Both the position numbers and the translations under genes were made by a program. Shown here one piece after another: positions 1 to 6,860 of a stretch of DNA of 24,000 bases. The DNA comes from Bacillus phage G. The stretch lies in the sequence record JN638751.1; one strand, given 5' to 3'. Below the pieces are notes generated by a model. The model did no database searches and was not told the DNA's origin. It was given only the letters and a program-made list of their open reading frames with translations. Every line of letters starts with the position of its first letter. The first letter of the stretch is position 1.

Positions 1-540
1 GCAATCTTGGGTAAGAGTGGTTGTGGAAAGAGTACTATGTTAAGAATCATTTCTGGTTTATTAGAGCCAGAAAGTGGTACAGTTGAATACAATGGTACTG
101 TTATAACGAAACCAAGCGCAGACATTTTCATGATGCATCAAAATTATGTTAATTTCCCATGGAAAAATTGCTTACAAAACATAATGTTCCCTATTGAGTT
201 ACAACGCAAAACAACTGAAGAAGATGTTAAGCAAGCAAAAACCTTATTAAAACGAGTTGGCTTGGAAGGCGCTGAATCTAAATACCCAGATGAGTTATCT
301 GGTGGGATGAAACAAAGATTAGCATTGGCTAGGATTTTAATGAGTAAACCAAAAGTTATCTTAATGGATGAACCATTAAGCGCTTTGGATGAAAAAACCA
401 GAAATGAAATGCAAGATTTGATCTTAGAAGTACAGAAAGAAACAAATAGCACAGTCTTAATGATTACCCATAGTAAGGAAGAAGCCGATAAAATGGCTAC
501 TAATATATTAACTTTAAAACCACACAAAGGGGAGAATTAA
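1..540 (+). CDS. ABC transporter ATP-binding protein, nitrate/sulfonate/taurine (NrtD/SsuB/TauB)-like; 5' end truncated by window
   Basis: The frame is open from base 1 ([12 protein letters not shown]). The track's 'M' at base 7 is a TTG Leu inside Walker A, not a start. Walker [11 protein letters not shown]-loop [18 protein letters not shown], signature [14 protein letters not shown], Walker [14 protein letters not shown]-loop LMITHS. Confidence 0.93.
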   Translation, partial: AILGKSGCGKSTMLRIISGLLEPESGTVEYNGTVITKPSADIFMMHQNYVNFPWKNCLQNIMFPIELQRKTTEEDVKQAKTLLKRVGLEGAESKYPDELSGGMKQRLALARILMSKPKVILMDEPLSALDEKTRNEMQDLILEVQKETNSTVLMITHSKEEADKMATNILTLKPHKGEN

Positions 541-542
541 TT

Positions 543-1118
543 ATGGCAAAGAAGAGCTTTTTTGAAAGAATTGGAGTAGTAAAAACTGAGGAAAGTGTAG
601 ATCATATTGCTGCGCGTTTAGAAGATATTGACTTAAGTGAATATGAAGGTGCTACTTCTTTTGAAGAAGAATTTGTACCAACTGTTGAGTTGCATGGGGA
701 AGATTTCTTAACTATCGAACAGGTCTATGAAAAAGCAAATCTTACTGACACCGAAAAATCTATTTTTAAAGTCGATGAATATAGTAAAGTGTTACCAGAT
801 GGTATGACTACTGATATGAAACGTGCATCAGTTATTGGTATCTTAGCTGCTTCTAAATTATCAATAGATGACTTAATTGAAGATGCTAATGAACGAATGG
901 CTGCTTTGCAATCTATTAAAGTTTTAACATCTGAAAATACTTCTAATATTGTATCAAAAAATGAAGAACGTATTGTTGAGTTATTACAAGAAGTTGATAA
1001 CTTGAAGCAAGAAAACAATGATAGAAAAAGTTCGCAAGAAAAACAAGATGCTTTGCTGGATGAAGAAATTACCATTGTTAATGGCATTAAGAAATTCATC
1101 GCGCCAGAATCTGTTTAA
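543..1118 (+). CDS. Hypothetical protein with C-terminal coiled coil, translationally close to the ABC ATPase gene
   Basis: 191 aa ORF starting 2 nt after the previous stop. Coiled-coil-like segment ERIVELLQEVDNLKQENNDRKSSQEKQDALLDEEI. Confidence 0.8.
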   Translation: MAKKSFFERIGVVKTEESVDHIAARLEDIDLSEYEGATSFEEEFVPTVELHGEDFLTIEQVYEKANLTDTEKSIFKVDEYSKVLPDGMTTDMKRASVIGILAASKLSIDDLIEDANERMAALQSIKVLTSENTSNIVSKNEERIVELLQEVDNLKQENNDRKSSQEKQDALLDEEITIVNGIKKFIAPESV

Positions 1119-1151
1119 TTAAAAATAATAAAATAATCGGAGGTAGTCGAC

Positions 1152-1892
1152 ATGGGAATTTTAATTGGAGGAGTACTAGTAGTTGGCTTAGCAGCATTGT
1201 TTATCTTTGGTGGTGGTAAATTAACTACTTTATTAAAAGGATTTGTAGGCGTATTTATAGAAGATTTAACAAAAACACCCGAAGGTGCAGCGGCGGTCTA
1301 CAATCAAGCTATTGAAAAATCTCAAGAACAATATAATATTGCTAATGACACTTTACAAAAAGTTGCCGGTGAATTAGATACTGCTTTACGAGCTTTAAAA
1401 GATTTTGAAAAACGCCTTACTGATTGTGAAACTAGTTGTGAAAACTTTGCCAAAGCTGGTCAATTTGATAAAGTTGAATTGTTTGCACAAGAACGCGAAG
1501 TTATTATTGACGATATTGAAAATCAAAAAGCAATTATCGCAGAGTTAAAGCCACTATATGAAGAAGCAAAAGTTATCAATAATCACTTAGAGGATAAATT
1601 AGTTAAACTTAAGAAAGAGAAAAATCGTGTTATCACTGACATGAAACGAAATAGTCAACTTAAGAGTATGTATGATGACATGGATGAGTTGAAAAATACT
1701 ACAAATGTAGATAAGCTCCTTGATACTGTTAAAACTGGCGTTCAACAATCTCGTGAAAAAGCTGTTGGTGCTCGCACTGTTCATAATAATAAAACTTCTA
1801 CTAAGGTTTCTGCTGCAAAAGAAGAAGCTAAGAAATTACAAAGTAATGATTATATTGAGCAACTTAAAAAGAAACACAATTATACAAAGTAA
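1152..1892 (+). CDS. PspA/IM30 (ESCRT-III-like) family protein with N-terminal transmembrane segment
   Basis: RBS cggaggtagtcgacATG. N-terminal hydrophobic MGILIGGVLVVGLAALFIFGG, then a long helical PspA-like region (AAAVYNQAIEKSQEQYNIANDTLQKVAGELDTALRALKDFEKRLTDCE...AQEREVIIDDIENQKAIIAELKPLYEEAK). Confidence 0.6.
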   Translation: MGILIGGVLVVGLAALFIFGGGKLTTLLKGFVGVFIEDLTKTPEGAAAVYNQAIEKSQEQYNIANDTLQKVAGELDTALRALKDFEKRLTDCETSCENFAKAGQFDKVELFAQEREVIIDDIENQKAIIAELKPLYEEAKVINNHLEDKLVKLKKEKNRVITDMKRNSQLKSMYDDMDELKNTTNVDKLLDTVKTGVQQSREKAVGARTVHNNKTSTKVSAAKEEAKKLQSNDYIEQLKKKHNYTK

Positions 1893-1906
1893 TAAGTTTA
1901 GTTTTA

Positions 1907-1945
1907 AAATAGAGTTACCTCTTATTAATTAAGGGGTAACTTTTT
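1907..1945 (+). terminator. Putative intrinsic terminator
   Basis: agttacctct / aggggtaact stem (with G-U) followed by ttttt. Confidence 0.6.
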
Positions 1946-1970
1946 AAATAATACAATGAGGTGGAAAACA

Positions 1971-2384
1971 ATGGAACAATTTAAAATTATTGATAAGCAA
2001 GATAAAATTTTAGCGTTTGGTTGTATTCTTGAATCGAAAAATGTAATATTAGAATGGACTAGTTCAATTAAGAATTTTTCTCTTTATGATAATGTTGAAC
2101 AAGTAAAAGAATTCGTATGTAATGATCAAAAAGATGCAAAATTTGTAAGCCTTAAAAAAACAAGTAAAGAAAAATTAAGCGAGTATTTCTTACAAAGAAA
2201 TGAAGACTTTAGTGGTGTTAGCGGAACTGGTGTGGTTGCAAAAGGAGTAATTTTACCTTCAGGAAAATGCGTTCATGAGTGGTCTAATTCTTATGTGCAA
2301 TCTCTTAATATGTATCCTAATATTAAAGCAGTAGAACATATTCATGGTCATGAAGGTAGAACTATTGTTAAGTTTGTAGAGTAA
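1971..2384 (+). CDS. Conserved-looking hypothetical protein; start at ATG 1971 preferred over 1956
   Basis: gaggtgg RBS precedes ATGGAACAATTT. C-terminal module GTGVVAKGVILPSGKCVHEWSNSYVQSLNMYPNIKAVEHIHGHEGRTIVKF. Confidence 0.75.
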   Translation: MEQFKIIDKQDKILAFGCILESKNVILEWTSSIKNFSLYDNVEQVKEFVCNDQKDAKFVSLKKTSKEKLSEYFLQRNEDFSGVSGTGVVAKGVILPSGKCVHEWSNSYVQSLNMYPNIKAVEHIHGHEGRTIVKFVE

Positions 2385-2385
2385 T

Positions 2386-2571
2386 ATGAAATATTATTGT
2401 GTTAGATATTTAATGTCATATACGTCACATCGTGAAAGTTTACGTTTTTGTTGGCATTTCACAACAGTAAAGGCAATTAATAAACGAGAAGCTAAAAAAC
2501 AAATAAGATCATTTTCTCGCACCGTATTTGTATTAAGTGCGAAAGAGGTATTGCAAAAATATCGTAAATAA
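2386..2571 (+). CDS. Small hypothetical protein (61 aa)
   Basis: Short ORF immediately downstream of the previous stop, ending within a terminator stem. No recognised motif. Confidence 0.5.
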   Translation: MKYYCVRYLMSYTSHRESLRFCWHFTTVKAINKREAKKQIRSFSRTVFVLSAKEVLQKYRK

Positions 2572-2589
2572 ACTTTACGATATTTTTTT
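2556..2589 (+). terminator. Intrinsic terminator overlapping the stop codon of the 61-aa ORF
   Basis: Perfect stem tatcgtaaa (2560-2568) / tttacgata (2574-2582), loop taaac, followed by ttttttt. Confidence 0.8.
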
Positions 2590-2600
2590 GCTAAAAACAG

Positions 2601-2628
2601 TTTACATTAATCGAGATTGTGATATTAT
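2601..2628 (+). promoter_or_regulatory. Putative sigma-A-type extended -10 promoter for the SBP-OmpA genes
   Basis: TTTACA (2601-2606), 16-nt spacer, TATTAT (2623-2628) preceded by TGA (TGn). Confidence 0.6.
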
Positions 2629-2768
2629 AAATATATAAGGTATTACCTTAAAGGAAGGAAGGAGATTATAAAGGAAGGAAACAATAATTAAATATTGAAA
2701 AATCTGTTAAAACTATTCCACTATTTGATTATTATTTATTTGTAAAACACAAAAGGAGGAATTTAGAA

Positions 2769-4346
2769 ATGAAGAAAACTAAATTAACGACAGCAGGAAA
2801 GGCGTTAATCTTTGGTCTAGTATTATTAATAGTGGCAGGTGTTACTTACTTTGCAGGTGGATTTAATGCAGTAAGCAATTTATTCTCTGGTTCCGATGAT
2901 TCAGGTTCTACCCAAAGTGAAAAAGTTGATATCGTAGGTTCTGGTTCAACTAAAGATGATGGAGTGATTAATGTTTCACTTGATGAGTGGATTGGTTGGA
3001 AATCGGTAATTGATGCTAACGGTGGTCTTGAAACAGCAAAAGGTTCTATTTATGATAAACTTGGTATTAAAGTAAAAATTCACGTTATTAACGATGCAAA
3101 TCAATCTTCAAATGCTTTAATTAAAGGTGACCTTGATGGTGCAGGTTATACAGTTAATCGATATGCGTTCTTATATCCAAAGTTTAAAGAAAATGGTGTA
3201 AATGTAGTAATGCCATATGTAACAAATTTCTCTTCTGGTGGAGATGGTATCATTTCAAAATCTGATATAAATTCGGTTGAAGATTTAGTTGGTAAGAAAA
3301 TTGCAGTTCCACGTTTCTCCGAAGCTCAAACTCTAGTTGAATGGTTATTAGCAAAATCTGATTTATCTGATAAAGATGTAAAAGAAATTCGCAAAAACAT
3401 GGTAATGTTTGATACTCCTGATGATGCAGCTAAAGCATTCTTCGCAGGTCAAGTTGACGCAGCAGCTACATGGCAGCCATATTTAAGTCAAGCTCAAGAA
3501 ACAACAGGTGCAAAACTTCTTTTCTCTACAAAAGTTGCTGAAAATATTATTTTAGATGGTATCGTATTCCGACAAGATTTCATTGATAAAAACAAAGAAG
3601 CAGTTGTTAAATTCACTGAAGGTGCACTTGAAGCAATGGATTTATACACAAAAGAATTTAGTCCTATTAAAGATACAATGCCTTTATTCGCAACTGAAAG
3701 TAATGAAAATATCGTTGCAATGGCTGGTGATGCTAAATTAGCTTCTTACAATGAAAACAAATCATTATTAACAAATGAAGCAGTAACGTTATTCACTGAT
3801 ATGAGTAATATCTGGAAAACTTTAGGTGAAACTTCTTTCCCCGATGAAGCTAAAAAAGCATTTACAACATCAATTATTGATTCAGTTGATAGCAAGTTTG
3901 CTTCATCAGTAACTGCTGATACAAATAAACCAAAGTTCACTGAAGAAAAACGTCAAGAAGCAAAACAGGTTGATAATGTTAACTCTCTATTAAAACAATC
4001 AGCTACAATTGAATTCCAACCTAACTCTGCTGCATTTGCTAACGCCGCTGAAGCTAGTAAAGTTCTTGAAGAATTTGTAAAAACTGCTCAAATCTTAAAT
4101 GGTTCAATCATTCAAATTGAAGGTAACGTTAATAATACAGGTGCCGGCAATGATGAAGCAATTAGTAAAAAATTATCTGAACAACGTGCTAAAGCTGTAG
4201 CGATGTACTTACAACAACAAGGTGTTGATGCTACACGATTCGTAGTAGTTGGTAATGGTACAACAAAACAAATTGGTGATAACAACACTGAAGCTGGTAA
4301 GGCTCAAAACCGTCGTACAGATGTATTCTTCAAAATCGTCGAATAA
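2769..4346 (+). CDS. Substrate-binding protein (NMT1/SsuA/TauA-like) fused to C-terminal OmpA-like peptidoglycan-binding domain, N-terminal membrane anchor
   Basis: RBS aaaggagg. N-terminal TM ALIFGLVLLIVAGVTYFAGG. SBP-type region VEDLVGKKIAVPRFSEAQTLVEWLL...AGQVDAAATWQPYLSQA...IILDGIVFRQDF. OmpA signature LSEQRAKAVAMYLQQQGVDATRFVVVGNGTTKQ..NRRTDVFFKI. Confidence 0.85.
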   Translation: MKKTKLTTAGKALIFGLVLLIVAGVTYFAGGFNAVSNLFSGSDDSGSTQSEKVDIVGSGSTKDDGVINVSLDEWIGWKSVIDANGGLETAKGSIYDKLGIKVKIHVINDANQSSNALIKGDLDGAGYTVNRYAFLYPKFKENGVNVVMPYVTNFSSGGDGIISKSDINSVEDLVGKKIAVPRFSEAQTLVEWLLAKSDLSDKDVKEIRKNMVMFDTPDDAAKAFFAGQVDAAATWQPYLSQAQETTGAKLLFSTKVAENIILDGIVFRQDFIDKNKEAVVKFTEGALEAMDLYTKEFSPIKDTMPLFATESNENIVAMAGDAKLASYNENKSLLTNEAVTLFTDMSNIWKTLGETSFPDEAKKAFTTSIIDSVDSKFASSVTADTNKPKFTEEKRQEAKQVDNVNSLLKQSATIEFQPNSAAFANAAEASKVLEEFVKTAQILNGSIIQIEGNVNNTGAGNDEAISKKLSEQRAKAVAMYLQQQGVDATRFVVVGNGTTKQIGDNNTEAGKAQNRRTDVFFKIVE

Positions 4347-4370
4347 AAAGTAAAAAAATAAATAAAATAT

Positions 4371-4397
4371 ACTCCCCCTTTCATGGGGGAGTTTTTT
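4371..4397 (+). terminator. Intrinsic terminator between the two SBP-OmpA paralogues
   Basis: actccccc / gggggagt stem with loop tttcat, followed by tttttt. Confidence 0.85.
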
Positions 4398-4417
4398 AAC
4401 AGAAAGGAGAATTAAAA

Positions 4418-5974
4418 ATGAAAAAAACCAAATTAACATTAGTTGGTAAAATCGTAATCTTTGTATTCGTCTTAGCTTTAGTACTAGGTGGAGTATTCTT
4501 AATTGGTGGTTTTAATTTTTCAAAAGATGATAATGATACACCATCAAAAGATACAAAAACTACACAAAACAGTAATGTTAGTAATGAGCTTCCAAAAAAT
4601 GAAAATAGTAACAATGAAATTAATTTGTCTCTTACCGAGAAGATTAGCTGGAAGCCAATTTTAGATGCCAATGGAGGGTTAACAACTCAACCGGGCTCAG
4701 TATACGATAAACTTGGTATTAAAGTGAACATTAAGATTGATGGAGATGCTGTAAGTATCAGTAATGATTTTATTGAAAATAATGTAAACGCATTAGCATA
4801 CACTATCAATAGATATGCAGGAACATATAAGAAGTTTAAGGATAATAACGCTGAACCTATAATGCCTTACATTGTTGATTCTTCAGATGGTAGTGATGGA
4901 ATTGTAGTGAAAGAAGGAATTAACAGCGTTAATGATTTCATTGGTAAAAAAATCGCTGTCCCTAATCTTACTGCAGCACAAACTATGATTTGGTGGTTAA
5001 TGTTGAAATCCGATTTAAATGAAGATCAAATCGAAAAAATTAAAAGTAATATGACTCTTTATAAATCAACTGTTGCAGCTTCAGAAGCATTCTTTAAAGG
5101 TGAAGCAGATGTTGTTGTAACAAGACAACCATATTTAACTAACGCGAAAAATACTCCCGGAATGAAAGTTTTATTTACCACTAAATCAGCTAACAACCTT
5201 ATCTTAGATGGGATTTTATTTAGAAAAGATTTTGCTGATCAAAATCCAGAAGTTGTATCTAAGTTCATTGATGGAGCTTTACAATCCATTAACATAAATA
5301 CATTTGATAACATCAAGACTATAGATATTTTTAAAGACAAAACTGATGAAGAATTAAATCAAATGTTAACTGAATTAAAGTTTAGTGACTATAGCGCAAA
5401 TCATAATTTATTAAATGGAGTATCACAAGATCTATTTAATGATATGAATAAAGTATGGAATAAAATTGGTGAATCAGTTGATAACGATGCAGCTAGTAAG
5501 GCGTTCTCCACTAAATTCATTGATGGTCTAAGCTCAAAATACACTTTAGAAAAAGTAGAGACTAAAACTGTCGATGAGGAAACTAGACAAAAAGCTTTAT
5601 CTCAAGATAATGATGAAGCGTTATTGAAAAAATCAACAACAATTAATTTTAAATCTAATAGTGCAAAATTCGTTAATGAAGATGAAGCTAAAAAAGCTCT
5701 TAATGAATTTATAAATATTGCCCAATTCTTGGATGGCGCAATTATCCAAATTGAAGGTAATATTGCTGGAAAAGATAATTCAGAAGTTGGAAAACAATTA
5801 TCGCTTCAAAGAGCGAAAACAGTAGCAGAGTATTTAAAACAACAAGGTGTTGATCCTTCTAGATTTGTAGTTGTTGGTAATGGTACTTCAAAACAAATTG
5901 CAAGTAATGACACTGAAGAAGGTATGAAGAAAAATAGACGTACTGATATAGTATTTAAAATTGTTGAAGAATAA
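4418..5974 (+). CDS. Second SBP-OmpA fusion paralogue
   Basis: Same architecture: MKKTKL..GK..IF N-terminus with TM, FIGKKIAVPNLTAAQTMIWWLM..., LILDGILFRKDF, OmpA motif LSLQRAKTVAEYLKQQGVDPSRFVVVGNGTSKQ...NRRTDIVFKI. RBS agaaaggag. Confidence 0.85.
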   Translation: MKKTKLTLVGKIVIFVFVLALVLGGVFLIGGFNFSKDDNDTPSKDTKTTQNSNVSNELPKNENSNNEINLSLTEKISWKPILDANGGLTTQPGSVYDKLGIKVNIKIDGDAVSISNDFIENNVNALAYTINRYAGTYKKFKDNNAEPIMPYIVDSSDGSDGIVVKEGINSVNDFIGKKIAVPNLTAAQTMIWWLMLKSDLNEDQIEKIKSNMTLYKSTVAASEAFFKGEADVVVTRQPYLTNAKNTPGMKVLFTTKSANNLILDGILFRKDFADQNPEVVSKFIDGALQSININTFDNIKTIDIFKDKTDEELNQMLTELKFSDYSANHNLLNGVSQDLFNDMNKVWNKIGESVDNDAASKAFSTKFIDGLSSKYTLEKVETKTVDEETRQKALSQDNDEALLKKSTTINFKSNSAKFVNEDEAKKALNEFINIAQFLDGAIIQIEGNIAGKDNSEVGKQLSLQRAKTVAEYLKQQGVDPSRFVVVGNGTSKQIASNDTEEGMKKNRRTDIVFKIVEE

Positions 5975-5989
5975 AAGCAGAATAATTTA

Positions 5990-6020
5990 AAAAACCCCTA
6001 CTATTTATAGTAGGGGTTTT
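5990..6020. terminator. Bidirectional intrinsic terminator between convergent genes
   Basis: aaaacccctacta / tagtaggggtttt stem with loop ttta; A-tract on one side, T-tract on the other. Confidence 0.85.
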
Positions 6021-6026
6021 TAATTT

Positions 6027-6560
6027 TTAAAATTCTTCTATTTTAGTAATCTCATTTGTTGTAATAGCTTGAGGATACTTAGCTAAATCTAAATTCAATA
6101 TATCGAAAATGCCCCCACCTTTAAATGGGTCTTCATCGGGAGTATATAGAATTGGGTCGTCTCCATAATGACCTTCAAAAGGTAAATAGTATTTTGAATT
6201 TTCTTCTCTACTACCACCAGCCCACTGCTTTAATTCTTCCTCAGTATATTCTGTTAATTCTAGCGTTTTGTCATAATCAAATATATCATAATTAAGAACG
6301 TTGTCATCTGGTAGTAATAAATTTTCATCAATGTTTAAGTGTAGAACTACAGGGTTTCCTCCTTTTTGTTCAACAGTGTAGTCAGCAAAATCCTTAGCTT
6401 CTTTAAATTGATTTGTAACATAAACAAAGCTTGAATTGGAATCTTTAGAATTAGAATTACCACTATTTGGTATAATGCCATTTTCTTTTATAGAATCTAA
6501 GTATATACTACTTGTACCGTGATAAAGAATTCTACTAGCTTTTCTAATTAGTCTTTTCAT
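6027..6560 (-). CDS. ADP-ribosyltransferase-fold-like protein (KptA/Tpt1- or ART-toxin-like); start likely Met at 6560 rather than 6575
   Basis: N-terminal ILYHGTSSIYLDSIKENGIIPNSG, then SSFVYVTNQFKEAKDFADYT, GGNPVVLHLNID, and C-terminal ITTNEITKIEEF. The layout resembles compact ART-fold enzymes (HGT, VxVT, late Glu). TGAGGT RBS-like sequence lies upstream of the internal ATG on the minus strand. Confidence 0.5.
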   Translation of the reverse strand: MKRLIRKASRILYHGTSSIYLDSIKENGIIPNSGNSNSKDSNSSFVYVTNQFKEAKDFADYTVEQKGGNPVVLHLNIDENLLLPDDNVLNYDIFDYDKTLELTEYTEEELKQWAGGSREENSKYYLPFEGHYGDDPILYTPDEDPFKGGGIFDILNLDLAKYPQAITTNEITKIEEF

Positions 6561-6638
6561 TTTGAATAACCTCATTCTTATAATTTTTATATAAGAAGAA
6601 AATAAAATCCTCTCTAATTAAAATAACATTAAAATCAG

Positions 6639-6667
6639 TTTACTTAAGTCTCAATTTATGTTATAAT
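6639..6667 (+). promoter_or_regulatory. Putative extended -10 promoter for the topoisomerase genes
   Basis: TTTACT (6639-6644), 17-nt spacer, TATAAT (6662-6667) preceded by TGT (TGn). Confidence 0.75.
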
Positions 6668-6860
6668 AAAATTATAAGGTATCTATTTCAAAAAAAGATT
6701 CAAAAGTATAAATCGAGAAGGGTGGCTTTTGAATATAATTTAGTGCCATAATTTCATTTAAAATTGATGTTTGAATCATTTTTGAAATTATATATTAAAA
6801 TGTTTATTTTTATGACAGAAATGAATAGAATAAATATATCTTTCTATAAGAGGTGGAAAA

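Noticed and set aside
7-9. Track start of the first ORF at base 7
   Set aside because: TTG here encodes the Leu inside the Walker A region; the frame is open to base 1, so the gene starts outside the window.
144-527. Minus-strand ORF opposite the ABC ATPase gene
   Set aside because: Antisense shadow of a well-supported coding region; Ser/Leu-rich with no RBS or motif.
725-1099. Minus-strand ORF of 124 aa
   Set aside because: Shadow ORF on the reverse of a supported + strand gene.
1720-1932. + strand 70 aa ORF overlapping the PspA-like gene
   Set aside because: Out-of-frame overlap with low-complexity composition and no convincing initiation site.
4396-4671. Minus-strand ORF over the start of the second SBP-OmpA gene
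   Set aside because: Antisense shadow; Phe/Ser-rich translation.
2769-5974. OmpA-like domains taken as evidence for a Gram-negative outer-membrane system
   Set aside because: There is no beta-barrel; the domain is the peptidoglycan-binding module behind a single N-terminal TM, compatible with a Gram-positive host.
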